Counted from the stretch's first letter, positions 21,833 to 32,377 are shown. The stretch is DNA of 64,000 bases from an uncultured Woeseiaceae bacterium (GCA_964602525.1 CAZRSA010000001.1:20024-84023), one strand, 5' to 3'. Numbers and translations: made by a program. Notes: generated by a model from the letters alone, not told the origin.

Positions 21833-22753
21833 ATGACGAGGAAGCGGGACAGGGAGCCGGACGACGGTGAATTGCTCACCGTCACCGCTGCCCGGGGCCA
21901 CCGACTGGAGCTGGAAGCGGCAGACGGGCGGCGCCTGCCGGCGCGGACCAAGGGCAAGAAGCTGCGGGTCGTCTGCGGCGACCGGGTGGCCGCGGCGCCC
22001 ATCGCGGGAGAGTCGGACTGGCTCGTCACCGCGGTCGCCGCCCGGGACAACGTGCTGGCCCGCGTCGACAGCCGCGGCCGCCCGGAGATGCTCGCCGCGA
22101 ACCTCGACCAGCTCCTGGTGGTCGCGGCGGTGCTGCCGGAACCCGACTTCTTCATCGTCGACCGCTACCTCTGCGCCGCCGAACTCATAGACATCCGCGC
22201 CGCAGTCGTCCTGAACAAGACCGACCTCGACCCTGCCGGCCCGGCTGAACTCGCCGCCTACGAGTCCCTCGGCTACCCGGTCCTGCGGGTGTCTGCCGAG
22301 ACCGGGGCCGGCATCGAAGCCCTCGCAGGACTGCTGGCCCGACACGTGAGCATGCTGGTGGGCCAGTCCGGCGTCGGCAAGTCGTCGCTGATCAACGCGC
22401 TGGTACCGGACGCCGGACAGCGCATCGCGGCAGTCTCCGCCGCGACGCGGGAAGGCCGTCACACGACGGTGGCAGCGGAGATGATCGCCCTGCCCCGCGG
22501 CGGCCGGTTGATCGACTCGCCGGGAGTTCGGGACTTCGCCCCCCATATCGCGGCCGGCGTAGACGTGGGCACGGGGTTTCGGGATATCCGCCAGGCCTCC
22601 GTCCGCTGCCGGTTCAACGACTGCCTGCACCGCTCCGAGCCCGGCTGCGCCGTGCGTGAGGCCGTGGAGGCGGGCCAGATCAGCGAGCGGCGCTACACGA
22701 GCTACCGGCGGCTGCTGAACCTCACCCGCCAGCTCCGCCGCGACGACTGGTGA
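21833..22753 (+). CDS. rsgA: ribosome small-subunit-dependent GTPase A
   Basis: OB fold, circularly permuted GTPase (VLNKTDL ... [14 protein letters not shown]) and C-terminal zinc knuckle [16 protein letters not shown]. Divergent from orn, as in E. coli. Confidence 0.9.
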   Translation: MTRKRDREPDDGELLTVTAARGHRLELEAADGRRLPARTKGKKLRVVCGDRVAAAPIAGESDWLVTAVAARDNVLARVDSRGRPEMLAANLDQLLVVAAVLPEPDFFIVDRYLCAAELIDIRAAVVLNKTDLDPAGPAELAAYESLGYPVLRVSAETGAGIEALAGLLARHVSMLVGQSGVGKSSLINALVPDAGQRIAAVSAATREGRHTTVAAEMIALPRGGRLIDSPGVRDFAPHIAAGVDVGTGFRDIRQASVRCRFNDCLHRSEPGCAVREAVEAGQISERRYTSYRRLLNLTRQLRRDDW

Positions 22754-22759
22754 GCGGAC

Positions 22760-23122
22760 TCAGCCCGGCGGCCACCCGAGCCGCCGGCCGGCGAGCAGGT
22801 GCAGATGGATGTGGAAGACGCTCTGCCCGGCGCCCTCGCCGCAGTTCATGACCACGCGGTAGCCGTCGTCGGCGTGGCCCTCGTCCGCCGCCACGGATCT
22901 CGCGGCACCGAAGAGTTCGCCGACCAGGGCGTGATGGGCCGCGTCGATATCGTTGATGGTCGGGATGTGCTCCTTCGGGATGAACAGCACATGGGTCGGC
23001 GCCTGGGGATTGATGTCCCGGAAACCGATCACGTGCCCGGATTCGTAGACCCGTTCGGCCGGGATATCCCCGGCGATGATCTTGCAGAACAGGCAGTCCG
23101 GGTCTTTCTTCTCGTCGCTCAC
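22760..23122 (-). CDS. HIT-family (histidine triad) nucleotide hydrolase
   Basis: CLFCKIIAGDIPAE and the HIHLHLL triad. GTG start at 23120-23122 is preceded by AGGAGG. Confidence 0.85.
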   Translation of the reverse strand: MSDEKKDPDCLFCKIIAGDIPAERVYESGHVIGFRDINPQAPTHVLFIPKEHIPTINDIDAAHHALVGELFGAARSVAADEGHADDGYRVVMNCGEGAGQSVFHIHLHLLAGRRLGWPPG

Positions 23123-23157
23123 CTCGACCTCCTGGTGTTCTTGCAGCCGCTCGCCGC

Positions 23158-23760
23158 TCACGCCCCGATGGAGCGCCGTCCGGCGAAGGCATGGGACAGC
23201 GTGCCGCCGTCCACGTACTCGAGCTCCCCGCCGATGGGCACGCCGTGCGCGATCCGGCTCGCGCCGATGCCGCGGCGCGCCGCGAGTTCGGCCAGGTAAT
23301 GGGCCGTCGCGTCTCCCTCCACCGTCGGGTTGGTCGCGATGATGACCTCCTCCACTTCCCCTTCCTCGAGCAGCGACTCGAGGCGGCCCAGGCCGAGTTC
23401 TTCGGGCCCGATGCCGTCCAGGGGAGAGAGGTGGCCCAGCAGCACGAAATACCGCCCCCGGAAGCCGGTGTGGTCCTCGACGGCCATCACGTCGGCCGGC
23501 ATCTCCACGATACAGAGCTGGCTCGCGTCCCGGGAGGCATCCCGGCAGACCGGGCAGACGGGCTCCTCGGAGAACATGCGGCAGCGCTCGCACTTGCCGA
23601 TGCCGGCCACCGCCTCGGCGAGGGCGGCGGACAGGCGGCCGGCCCCGTCCGGGTCGCGCTCGAGCAGGTGGAAGGCCATGCGCTGGGCGGACTTCTGCCC
23701 GACGCCGGGCAGGCAGCGCAGCGTCTCTATCAGCTGGACGAGCAGCGGCGAGTAGACCAT
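23158..23760 (-). CDS. recR: recombination protein RecR
   Basis: [17 protein letters not shown] helix-hairpin-helix, C4 zinc finger CERC...CPVC and a Toprim domain. Confidence 0.95.
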   Translation of the reverse strand: MVYSPLLVQLIETLRCLPGVGQKSAQRMAFHLLERDPDGAGRLSAALAEAVAGIGKCERCRMFSEEPVCPVCRDASRDASQLCIVEMPADVMAVEDHTGFRGRYFVLLGHLSPLDGIGPEELGLGRLESLLEEGEVEEVIIATNPTVEGDATAHYLAELAARRGIGASRIAHGVPIGGELEYVDGGTLSHAFAGRRSIGA

Positions 23761-23767
23761 CGCCCGA

Positions 23768-24094
23768 TCAGCCGAAGGGCAGCTTCATCCCCGGCGGCAG
23801 GCCCATGCCCGACGTGAGGCCGGACATCTTTTCCCGGGTCGTCTCCTCCACCCGCCGGATGGCATCGTTCATGGCCGCGGCCACGAGATCCTCCAGCATC
23901 TCGCGGTCGTCGCCCATGAGATCGTCGTCGATCTCCACCCGGCGTACCTCGTGCCGGCAGTTCATGGTGACCTTCACCATGCCCGCGCCGGATTCGCCGG
24001 TCACCTCTATGCTGGCCAGCTCCTCCTGGGCCTGCTGCATCTTCTCCTGCATCTGTTGGGCCTGCTTCATCAGCTGGCCGAGTCCACCCTTCAT
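23768..24094 (-). CDS. ybaB: YbaB/EbfC nucleoid-associated DNA-binding protein
   Basis: [19 protein letters not shown]...[11 protein letters not shown] signature. Sits in the dnaX-ybaB-recR order. Confidence 0.95.
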   Translation of the reverse strand: MKGGLGQLMKQAQQMQEKMQQAQEELASIEVTGESGAGMVKVTMNCRHEVRRVEIDDDLMGDDREMLEDLVAAAMNDAIRRVEETTREKMSGLTSGMGLPPGMKLPFG

Positions 24095-24121
24095 TGATCG
24101 CGCCTCCGCTTGTCCTGTCCG

Positions 24122-25777
24122 TCAGTCCTGATCTTTCAGCCGCACCGTATCGGGCTGCAGCTCCGCGCCGAACATGTCCTGCAGGATACGCACGTTCGGA
24201 TCCTCTTCCAGGCCCTTCTTCGCGGCCTCGAGCCGCTCGGCCTCCAGGCGGCGCTTGCGCTGCACGGGCGTTTCCCCGGCGTCGCCTACCCGGATGCTCA
24301 ATTTCAGGGGCTCGCCGAAATACCCGGCCAGCGCCTGCTCCAGCGTCCGGCGTCGCACTTCGGTGAGCAGAGTCTCACTGCGCTCGTCCAGCTGCAGCTG
24401 CACGCCGTTGCCCGTCCGCTCCACGAACGCGCAGTTGGCCGCCAGCAACCGCACCGAGCCGGAGATATCGAGCTGCCCGGCCAGACGATGCCAGTCCGGC
24501 GCAGACCAGAATTCCCCGTGCCGCGGGCCTCCCGCCGGCACAACTGCCGGGCTCTCGGCCGGGGCGGTCGCCGCTTCGCCGACAGATTCCGCCGCCTCGC
24601 CAACCGTGGCCGGTTCTTCGGTCGCCACCCTCGCCGGCGACAGCGAGCGGGCCCGCGCCGCCGGGCGGGCGGCCCCGCTGCCCGGATCACCGGCACCGGC
24701 CGGCCGGAAGGCGAGCATCCGCAGCAGCGTCATCTCGAATCCAGCCCGCGGATCCGGCGCCAGCGGCAGGTCCCGCCGGCCCGTGATGGCGGTCTGATAA
24801 TACAGCTGCACGTCATCGGGCGTCAGCCTGCCGGCATAGGCCGCCACCATCTCCTCGTCGGCCTCGTCCAGGTCGGTCGCGCCCACCACCTGGTAGACGG
24901 CGATACGTTGCAACGCCGCCGCGATCTCGTCCAGCAGTCTGGCGTAGTCCGGAAACTGCTCGTCGATGGCGGCCACGGTGGCAAGCAGACCGGCGCCGTC
25001 GGCCGCGGCCAGGGAATCGAGCAGGCCGGTCACGTGCTGGCGGTCCACCGTCCCGAGCATCGCGCGGGTCTCGTCCTCGCGCACGCCGCCGCCGCCGTAG
25101 GCGATGGCCTGGTCGAGCAGGCTCAGCGAGTCGCGCACGCTGCCCTCCGCCGCCCGGGCGATGAGGGCGAGCGCCTCCGCTTCCGCCTCCACTTGCTCGG
25201 CCGCACAGATCCGGGTCAGATGCTCGCCGATCATATGGGGGGTGAGCCGCTTCAGGTTGAACTGCAGGCAGCGGGACAACACCGTCACCGGGAGCTTCTG
25301 CGGGTCGGTGGTGGCCAGCAGAAACTTCACGTGGGGCGGCGGCTCCTCCAGCGTCTTCAGCAGCGCGTTGAACGAGTGCATGGAGAGCATGTGCACCTCG
25401 TCGATGAGGTACACCTTGTAGCGGCCCCGCGCCGGCGCGTACTGCACGTTGTCCAGCAGGTCGCGGGTGTCGTCCACTTTCGTGCGGGAGGCGGCGTCCA
25501 CCTCGATCAGGTCCACGAACCGGCCCTCGTCGATCTCGGCGCAGGCGCTGCATTCGCCACAGGGGTCCGGACCGACGCCCTGCTCGCAGTTAAGCGCTTT
25601 CGCGAGGATGCGGGCGATTGTGGTCTTGCCAACGCCCCGCGTTCCGGCGAACAGGTAGGCATGGTGCAGACGGCCGCTCGCGAGCGCGTTCGTCAGCGCC
25701 TGCAGCACATGCTGCTGACCGACCATGTCCCCGAAGGTCCGGGGCCGCCACTTGCGTGCTAGTACGAGATAGCTCAT
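24122..25777 (-). CDS. dnaX: DNA polymerase III subunit tau (gamma/tau)
   Basis: MSYLVLARKWRPRTFGDMVGQ, GTRGVGKTT Walker A, zinc module CGECSAC, DEVHML. Start set at the ATG ending at 25777. Confidence 0.95.
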   Translation of the reverse strand: MSYLVLARKWRPRTFGDMVGQQHVLQALTNALASGRLHHAYLFAGTRGVGKTTIARILAKALNCEQGVGPDPCGECSACAEIDEGRFVDLIEVDAASRTKVDDTRDLLDNVQYAPARGRYKVYLIDEVHMLSMHSFNALLKTLEEPPPHVKFLLATTDPQKLPVTVLSRCLQFNLKRLTPHMIGEHLTRICAAEQVEAEAEALALIARAAEGSVRDSLSLLDQAIAYGGGGVREDETRAMLGTVDRQHVTGLLDSLAAADGAGLLATVAAIDEQFPDYARLLDEIAAALQRIAVYQVVGATDLDEADEEMVAAYAGRLTPDDVQLYYQTAITGRRDLPLAPDPRAGFEMTLLRMLAFRPAGAGDPGSGAARPAARARSLSPARVATEEPATVGEAAESVGEAATAPAESPAVVPAGGPRHGEFWSAPDWHRLAGQLDISGSVRLLAANCAFVERTGNGVQLQLDERSETLLTEVRRRTLEQALAGYFGEPLKLSIRVGDAGETPVQRKRRLEAERLEAAKKGLEEDPNVRILQDMFGAELQPDTVRLKDQD

Positions 25778-25877
25778 CGAAACGGTCGGGTCCGGAGGCC
25801 CTCCTGCAAACACAATCACCCGTGCTTGCAGCCGAGTGTAACGGCTCGCCCCGACGAGACAAGCAAGGCAGGAAAAG

Positions 25878-25972
25878 AGGCCCGCGCCAGCTCGTCCCCG
25901 GCACCCGGTGTCACCGCTGCCGCTGCTCCCTTCCGGGCCTGACGGGGTTCACGGCTGACCGTCGCGGGGCAA
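25878..25972 (-). ncRNA. ffs: signal recognition particle RNA (4.5S type)
   Basis: The reverse strand reads GCCCCGCGACGGUCAGCCGUGAACCCCGUCAGGCCCGGAAGGGAGCAGCGGCAGCGGUGACACCGGGUGCCGGGGACGAGCUGGCGCGGGC. It contains the domain IV core GUCAGGxCCGGAAGGxAGCAGC, and its 5'/3' ends pair. A GATAAT -10 box lies upstream (25992-25997) and a U-run downstream. End coordinates are good to a few nt. Confidence 0.8.
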
Positions 25973-26045
25973 CCGACGCGGACCAGTGCTCATTATCTCA
26001 GTGATGCGGCGAGGAATCATCCCCCATCGCCGCGGGCGGTCCGGC

Positions 26046-26378
26046 TCAGCCGGTGGCGGACACCTTGTCCTTCCAGGCTTTCAGCTGGCGCTCCATGGCG
26101 TCGAAGGCGTCGCGCACGGCCACGTAGACGTCCTGGTGGGCACGGCGGTCGCCGGGCTGGTTACTCACCGCCAGCTCCGTGCCCGGGACCCGCACCTCCA
26201 GCCGCACCTCGTAGTGATTGCCCTGGCGCTGGTTGCGCTGCACCGCATGCACGTACACATGGCAACTGGTGATGCGATCGTAGAATTTCTCGAGCTTGGC
26301 CGCACGTTCCCGGACGGCCTGTTCCACCGCCTCCGAGCGGTCCATGTCGTGAAAATGGATTTCCGGTGGTGTCTGCAC
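26046..26378 (-). CDS. ribosome hibernation/ribosome-associated inhibitor protein, short HPF/RaiA family
   Basis: 110 aa from a GTG preceded by AGGAG. IHFHDMDRSEAVEQAVRERAAKLEKFYDRITSCHVYV...YEVRLEVRVPG matches the S30AE/HPF fold pattern. Confidence 0.75.
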   Translation of the reverse strand: MQTPPEIHFHDMDRSEAVEQAVRERAAKLEKFYDRITSCHVYVHAVQRNQRQGNHYEVRLEVRVPGTELAVSNQPGDRRAHQDVYVAVRDAFDAMERQLKAWKDKVSATG

Positions 26379-26448
26379 TGTCGCACTCCTGGCGTCGTCG
26401 AGAGCCCTGGACGCCAGCGTAACAGAGTCCGCGCCAGCCGGCCCGGAT

Positions 26449-27714
26449 TCAGCCGTCCGCCCGGCCGACGTCGCCGGCCCAGCGCATCGCATCCACCTGC
26501 AGACCCGCCAGCATGGTGACGTCCAGGCCCTCGCACTCCTGCGTCAGCCGGGTCACCTCGGCGGGGTCGTTCCCCTCGAGCGCCTCCGTGACCGAGAGCA
26601 GCAGGCCGAGATCGCCGCTGCGCCAGAGCAGCGCATCGCGCACGTCGTCCTGCAGCGGCAGCGGCGCCAGGATGTCGGCCAGGGGCGCACCGATCAGCGT
26701 GTCCAGGAGCGAGAGGATCCCGGTCATGAAAGCCCGGTCGGCGTAGGCCGCGTCCGTGGAGAACTCTCCCGCCATCAGCTCCATGAGACGTCCCCGCGCC
26801 GCCGCGAGAGTCAGGAGCGGGCTCGGGAAATCGGCGCTGCCGTCCTGGGCGAACAGCATCACCTGGAGCCAGCGCTGCAGCCGCCGCCGCCCGAGCAACA
26901 CCAGGGCGTGGGAGAGGCTCTCCACCCGGTGGCGCAGCCCCATGCCGGAAGAGTTCACCAGGCGTATCAGCTTGTAACCGAGTTCCGGCAGGCGCTTCAC
27001 GCTCTGCTCGATCTCCCCGATCTCCGTATCGCCGAGGATCTGCTGCAGCAGGCGGATCAGGTCCTGGCGGGACGGGTCGGCCGTGCGCCCTTCCAGGAGC
27101 ACCGGCCGGGCGAAGAAGAAGCCCTGGAACAGGTCGAATCCGAGCCGCTTGCAATGTGCCGCCTGCTCGGGAGAGTCCACCTTCTCGGCGAGCAACTGCA
27201 CGCCGGGTCGCTGCACCGCGCGCACCACGTCGCCCAGCGCCTCCGGGCGCACCGCATGCAGATCGACCTTGATCACGTCCACCAGCGGCAGGATGTCCTC
27301 GTGGGAATCGTCGAGCCCGGTGACGTCGTCCAGCGCGAAACGAAAACCCTGCCGATGCAGCTCGGAGCAGCGCAGGACGAGTTCCGGCGTGATCGTGACG
27401 GTCTCCAGGATCTCCAGGCGGATGCGGTCCGGCGGCAGCGCCTCGGGCAGCTCCGAATGCAGACTCTCGGCATCGAAGTTGACATAGCCGCGGCAGGCCC
27501 CGAGCACCGCCTCCAGCCCCAGCTCGGAAAACGCATGGGTGATCACGCTGGCGGTTGCCGGGCGGTCGCCGGGGAAAGGCCCGCCGCCCGGCGACCGGAA
27601 CAGCAGCTCGTAGGCAACCGTATTGCCGCCGCGGTCCAGGATGGGCTGGCGGCCGAGGACGAAGGGGGTGGCTTGAATGGCCGCGGCGGCCTCTGTTGCG
27701 GCACTCGCTGACAT
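26449..27714 (-). CDS. EAL + HDOD two-domain c-di-GMP signalling protein (COG3434-like)
   Basis: EAL-domain residues are present (YELLFR, VNFD, LEILET, ALDDV, IKVD, AEKVD, QGFFFARP), followed by HDOD (LPELGYKLIRLVNSS...ALVLLG). Start set at MSASAATE. Confidence 0.8.
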   Translation of the reverse strand: MSASAATEAAAAIQATPFVLGRQPILDRGGNTVAYELLFRSPGGGPFPGDRPATASVITHAFSELGLEAVLGACRGYVNFDAESLHSELPEALPPDRIRLEILETVTITPELVLRCSELHRQGFRFALDDVTGLDDSHEDILPLVDVIKVDLHAVRPEALGDVVRAVQRPGVQLLAEKVDSPEQAAHCKRLGFDLFQGFFFARPVLLEGRTADPSRQDLIRLLQQILGDTEIGEIEQSVKRLPELGYKLIRLVNSSGMGLRHRVESLSHALVLLGRRRLQRWLQVMLFAQDGSADFPSPLLTLAAARGRLMELMAGEFSTDAAYADRAFMTGILSLLDTLIGAPLADILAPLPLQDDVRDALLWRSGDLGLLLSVTEALEGNDPAEVTRLTQECEGLDVTMLAGLQVDAMRWAGDVGRADG

Positions 27715-27782
27715 GGGCCGCAGTCTAGCCACCCGGCAATTCCTCGACCGGACACCGGTCACAGACTGACCACAAATCCGGG

Positions 27783-29204
27783 CTAGTCGGTGGCCTCGGC
27801 GTCCTCCGCAGCCGCCGCCAGCGCCTCGTCGGACCAGCCCCCGCCGAGCGCGCGATACAGCGTCACGAGGCTGAGCAGCCGTGAAAGCCGCGAGCGCGCC
27901 AGATTCAGTTCCGCCGAAAAGAGCTGTCGCTCGGCATCCAGCACCTCGAGGTAGCTGATCACGCCGCTGCGAAATCGCAGGCGAGCGAGCCGCAGACTCT
28001 CCGACGCGGCGCGGGCGAAGACCTCGTTGGCGACGATGACTTCCGCCGCCTTCTCGTAGCCGACCAGCGCATCTGAAACTTCGCGCGCCGCCTGCAGCAC
28101 CGTGGCGCGATAGCCCACCAGCGCCTGCCGGGTCTGCGCCCGGGCGATCTCCACCTGCGCCTGATCGCGGCCGAAATTCAGGATCGGTAGATCCGCGACC
28201 GGCCCCCACGAGTTCAGGCTGGGGGAGTCCCCGGAGAACAGATCGCCCAATTCCGTCGAAGTCCTGCCAACGAGCGCCGTCACACCGATGGTGGGCACCG
28301 GGAACCGGTTGGCCACCGCCACGCCCACTCGCGCCGTCGCGGCACGCAGATTCTGCTCGGCCGCACGCACGTCGGGACGTCGTTCGAGCAATTCGGCCGG
28401 CAGCCCCAGGGGCACCGCCGAGGGCTCCGGCAGCAGCATGCCGCCGGCGAGTGGCTGTCGGCTGATCGACGTCGGGTACCGCCCCAGCAGCACGGAGAGG
28501 GCATTCTCTGCGGCGATGACCTGCTGCTCGGCCAGTGGCAGCGCCGCCCGGGTTGCCGCCAGCTGGGCGATGGCCTGCTGCTCCTCGGCGCCGGATGCCA
28601 CACCCTCCCTGCTGAGTGATCTGACCAGCGCCAGCGATTCCTCCTGGCTACGGATGGTGCGCCGAATAATCTCCACTTGCTGATCGAGTTCGCGCAGCGT
28701 CAGCCAGGTGGTCGCGACCCGGGCGACGAGCGCCGCCATGACCCCGCGCGCGACGTCCTCGCTGGCAAGCAGCGAAGCCCGGGCCGCTTCGTCGGCGCGA
28801 CGCAGCTTGCCGAACAGGTCGAGTTCCCAGTTGAGCGCGAGGCCGGCCGTATAGTTCGCGTCGTTACTGCCCGCGCCCGGTGCTGGGGTCGTGTTGAGGA
28901 CACCGCGGATATCCGGCCCGTAGGCGCCCCGTGCGAAGCGCGCGCCGGCTCGTGCCTCCTCCACCCTGGCCAGCGCCAGGCGAAGATCGAGATTGCGGCC
29001 GAGGGCCTCCCGGATGAGCACCTCGAGCTCGGCGTCACGGAATACCTCGAACCAGGGGAGATTGGCGAAGGACTCGGCCTCGCTCGCTGAGATCTCTCCC
29101 CGGAAACTCTCCGGCACGGCCAGCCCGGGCCGTTCGTAATCGGGTCCCACGGCGCAGCCTGCCACCGTCAGCAGCGCAACCAGGAAGACCAGCGCGCGCC
29201 TCAT
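27783..29204 (-). CDS. RND efflux outer-membrane factor lipoprotein (NodT/OprM family)
   Basis: Lipobox LLTVAGC followed by GPDYERP, which is characteristic of NodT-family OMFs. Two OEP repeats. ATGA overlap with the upstream permease. Confidence 0.9.
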   Translation of the reverse strand: MRRALVFLVALLTVAGCAVGPDYERPGLAVPESFRGEISASEAESFANLPWFEVFRDAELEVLIREALGRNLDLRLALARVEEARAGARFARGAYGPDIRGVLNTTPAPGAGSNDANYTAGLALNWELDLFGKLRRADEAARASLLASEDVARGVMAALVARVATTWLTLRELDQQVEIIRRTIRSQEESLALVRSLSREGVASGAEEQQAIAQLAATRAALPLAEQQVIAAENALSVLLGRYPTSISRQPLAGGMLLPEPSAVPLGLPAELLERRPDVRAAEQNLRAATARVGVAVANRFPVPTIGVTALVGRTSTELGDLFSGDSPSLNSWGPVADLPILNFGRDQAQVEIARAQTRQALVGYRATVLQAAREVSDALVGYEKAAEVIVANEVFARAASESLRLARLRFRSGVISYLEVLDAERQLFSAELNLARSRLSRLLSLVTLYRALGGGWSDEALAAAAEDAEATD

Positions 29205-32200
29205 CCCTCCGGGGCCTCCCCACGTGCGGCACCCGCGGTCGCCGCATCCTCACGGCGACCGCTCAGACGCTCGGCCAGCGTCTGCACCAGCACGTAGAAC
29301 GCGGGCACCAGCAACGACCCCAGGATGGTCGCCGACAGCATGCCGCTGAAAACGGCGATGCCCACCGACTGCTTCGACGCCGCCCCGGCGCCGGAGGCCA
29401 GTACCAGCGGCGTCACGCCCAGGATGAAGGCGAACGAGGTCATCAGAATCGGGCGCAGACGCAGCCGGGCCGCCTCCAGCGCCGCCTCGGCGAGGGCCGT
29501 GCCCTTTTCGTAGTTCTGCTTGGCGAACTCCACGATAAGGATCGCGTTCTTGGCCGCGAGCCCCACCAGCGTAACGAGACCGATCTGCCCATAGACGTCG
29601 AAATTCATGCCGCCGACGAGCGTCCCGATCATGGCGCCGAGGATGCCGAGCGGTGCCGCCAGCAACACCGCGAACGGTACCGACCAGCTCTCGTACAGCG
29701 CCGCCAGGAACAGGAAGACGACCACGACAGACAGCGCGAGCACCAGTGCCGCGATGTTGCCCGTCTCCACTTCCTCCAGGCTCTGCCCCGACCACTCGTA
29801 GCCGTAATCGGCCGGCAGCACCTCGGCCGCCACGTCCCGGAGCGCCTGCAGGGCCTGCCCGGAACTGTACCCGGAGGCCGGGGTCCCGGTGATCTCGGCG
29901 CTGCGGTAGAGGTTGTAGCGCATGGTGAAGCGCGGGCCGGTGTCCGGTATCGCGGTCACGATGGTATCGAGCGGCACCATCTCGCCGTTGCCATTGCGCA
30001 CGAACAGCTTCGACAGGGCACTGATGTCACGCCGATAGGCGGCATCGGCCTGCAGCGTGACCCGGTAGTTCTTGCCGAAACGGCTGAAATCGTTGACCTG
30101 CACGCCGCCGAGATACGCCTGCAGGGTGCCGAAGACGTCCGAGATGGGTATGCCGAGTTTCTTGACGCGCTCCCGGTCTACACGCAGCCGGTAGCCCGGC
30201 GTGGCTGCCGCATAGGTCGTACTGGCCCGACCGATCTCCGGCCGGGCATTGGCCGCGGCCACGAAGTTGCGCGCCATATCGGCCAGTTCCTCCGCGCTCT
30301 GTGAACCGCGCGCCTGCAGCATCATCGAGAAGCCCGAGACCGCGCCGAAGCCCGGCAACGCGGGCGGATTGAACGGAAATGCGAGCGCCTCCGGCCTGCG
30401 CATACCGATGGCGCCGGCACGCTGCAGCAGGGCGTCGATCTGCTCCTCCGGCGCGCTCCGCTCGGCCCATGGATCCAGCCGGGCGACCACCAGGCCGCCG
30501 TTCGGGGCGGCCGTGCCCGAAAGCAGGTCGAAACCGACGATGCTCATCACCGATTCGACACCCGGCAACTCACGGACCTCTGCCCCCAAATCCTCGATGA
30601 CCGTCTCGGTGCGACTCAGCGCAGCCGCCTCGGGCAGCACGACCTGCATGAAGAAAGCGCCCTGGTCCTCGTCCGGCACGAACCCGGTGGGGGTCACGCG
30701 GAACAGGATGTACAAACCCGCGAACAGGACCACGAGCAAAACGACGAGACGCTTCAGTCCGCGGACTCCGACGCCCACCACCTGCGTATAGCGCACGGTC
30801 ATGGCATCGAAGCCACGGTTGAAAGCCGCGAAGAAGCGCGCCACCGGACCGCGCGGCTCCGCCGGCCGCGGCCGAAGCAGCAAAGCACTCAGCGCGGGCG
30901 TCAGGGTCAGCGCAACAAGGGCGGAGAACAGTGTCGACACGGCGATGGTCAGCGCGAACTGCTGGTAGAGCTGCCCCGTGACGCCGGGCACGAATGCCAT
31001 CGGCACGAATACGGCCGCCAGAACGAGCGCCGTCGCCACCACCGGCCCCGACACCTCCGACATGGCTTCGTAGGTGGCGTCGCGGGCGCGCATGCCCAGA
31101 TGCGCGATCTTGTGTTCCACCGCCTCCACGACCACGATCGCGTCGTCGACGACGATGCCGATGGCGAGCACCATGCCGAACATCGAAAGCGTATTGATGG
31201 AGAACCCGAGCGCCTGGTAGCTGATCAGGGTCGCGATCAGCGAGACCGGTACGGCCAGCATGGGAATCAGGACAGCACGCCAGCTCTGCAGGAACAGGAA
31301 CACGACTATAAGGACGAGCGCCAGTGCCTCGAAGAAGGTATGGACCACCTCCTCGATGGAGGCATCTACAAACTCCGATGTGTCGTAGGCGACCGCGTAG
31401 TCGAGGCCGGCAGGAAAAGCCGCCTTCAGGGTATCCAGCTGCTCGCGGATGAGCTCGGCCGTATTCAGTGCATTGGCGCCCGGCGCCAAGGACACGCCGA
31501 ACGCGGACGCCTCCCGGCCGTTGTAGCGGGCCGTGGTCGCGTAACCGGCCGCGCCCAGTTCGATCCGGGCGACGTCCCGCAGACGCAGGAACGAGCCGTC
31601 CGGCCGGGTCCGCAGCACGATTGCGCCGAACTCCTCTTCCTCGACCAGCCGCCCCTGTAGCCGGAGGGAGTACTGGAAGCCGCTCTCGCTGTCCGCCGGC
31701 GGCTGACCCACCTGGCCGGCGACCGCCTGCTTGTTCTGCTCCTGGATCGCGCGCATCACGTCGGTCGTGGTCAGCCGGTAGCTGGCCATCCGGTCCGGCT
31801 GCAGCCAGATCCTCATGCCGAACTCGGCGCCGAAGACTTTCACGTCGCCGACACCGGGTACGCGCTTGATCGAGTCGACAATGAAGTTGTAGACGTAGTT
31901 ATCTATGAACAGCCGGTCGTAGCTATCGTCCGGCGAGTACAGGGTGACGTACATCAGCGTATCCGATGATGCCTTGTTCACCGTGACACCGATCGCATTG
32001 ACCTCGCCCGGCAGCCGCGGCACCACCTGACTCACCCGGTTCTGCGTCTCCACCGCCGCGATGTCCGGATCCCGACCCAGTTCGAAGGTCACGGAAATGC
32101 TGGCGGAGCCGTCGTCACCGGAGACGGCCCTTATGTACTTCATGTCGGTGACGCCGTTGATCTGCGAATCGAGGGGCGCGGTGACTGCCTCTTCCACGAC

Positions 32201-32365
32201 GTCCGCGCCGGCCCCCGGGTACAGCGTGGTCACCTTCACGGTGGGCAGCGCTATGTCGGGGAACTGGGCGACCGGCAGTCCGAGCAGCGACAACGAGCCG
32301 GCCAGCACCAGGAAGAGCGAGACGACGACGGCGAAGACCGGGCGATCGATGAAGAACTTCGCCAT
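29201..32365 (-). CDS. multidrug RND efflux permease (AcrB/MexB-like, HAE1)
   Basis: MAKFFIDRPVFAVVVSL N-terminus, 1054 aa, GIVVDDAIVVVEAVE and NAILIVEFA blocks. Confidence 0.95.
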   Translation of the reverse strand: MAKFFIDRPVFAVVVSLFLVLAGSLSLLGLPVAQFPDIALPTVKVTTLYPGAGADVVEEAVTAPLDSQINGVTDMKYIRAVSGDDGSASISVTFELGRDPDIAAVETQNRVSQVVPRLPGEVNAIGVTVNKASSDTLMYVTLYSPDDSYDRLFIDNYVYNFIVDSIKRVPGVGDVKVFGAEFGMRIWLQPDRMASYRLTTTDVMRAIQEQNKQAVAGQVGQPPADSESGFQYSLRLQGRLVEEEEFGAIVLRTRPDGSFLRLRDVARIELGAAGYATTARYNGREASAFGVSLAPGANALNTAELIREQLDTLKAAFPAGLDYAVAYDTSEFVDASIEEVVHTFFEALALVLIVVFLFLQSWRAVLIPMLAVPVSLIATLISYQALGFSINTLSMFGMVLAIGIVVDDAIVVVEAVEHKIAHLGMRARDATYEAMSEVSGPVVATALVLAAVFVPMAFVPGVTGQLYQQFALTIAVSTLFSALVALTLTPALSALLLRPRPAEPRGPVARFFAAFNRGFDAMTVRYTQVVGVGVRGLKRLVVLLVVLFAGLYILFRVTPTGFVPDEDQGAFFMQVVLPEAAALSRTETVIEDLGAEVRELPGVESVMSIVGFDLLSGTAAPNGGLVVARLDPWAERSAPEEQIDALLQRAGAIGMRRPEALAFPFNPPALPGFGAVSGFSMMLQARGSQSAEELADMARNFVAAANARPEIGRASTTYAAATPGYRLRVDRERVKKLGIPISDVFGTLQAYLGGVQVNDFSRFGKNYRVTLQADAAYRRDISALSKLFVRNGNGEMVPLDTIVTAIPDTGPRFTMRYNLYRSAEITGTPASGYSSGQALQALRDVAAEVLPADYGYEWSGQSLEEVETGNIAALVLALSVVVVFLFLAALYESWSVPFAVLLAAPLGILGAMIGTLVGGMNFDVYGQIGLVTLVGLAAKNAILIVEFAKQNYEKGTALAEAALEAARLRLRPILMTSFAFILGVTPLVLASGAGAASKQSVGIAVFSGMLSATILGSLLVPAFYVLVQTLAERLSGRREDAATAGAARGEAPEG

Positions 32366-32377
32366 CGTCCCGAAACC

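Noticed and set aside
20621-22753. 710-aa + strand ORF, and the 486-aa - strand ORF at 21170-22630
   Set aside because: Only the C-terminal 306 aa (rsgA, from the ATG at 21833) and the C-terminal 188 aa (orn, from the ATG ending at 21736) are real. The N-terminal extensions run antisense through the neighbouring genes and lack any motif.
24122-25777. Programmed -1 frameshift site in dnaX (A AAA AAG, as in E. coli gamma/tau)
   Set aside because: Reading the + strand for the complement (CTTTTTT) or any long T/A run within the gene, I saw none. There is no evidence for a slippery site, so the gene is annotated as a single tau-length product.
26449-27714. Possibility that the EAL domain is degenerate (a receptor rather than an enzyme)
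   Set aside because: The EAL signature is ELL, but the residues normally needed for catalysis appear present (N in VNFD, E in LEILET, DD in ALDDV, K in IKVD, E in AEKVD, Q in QGFFF). I therefore have no basis to call it inactive. EAL-HDOD fusions are a known family.
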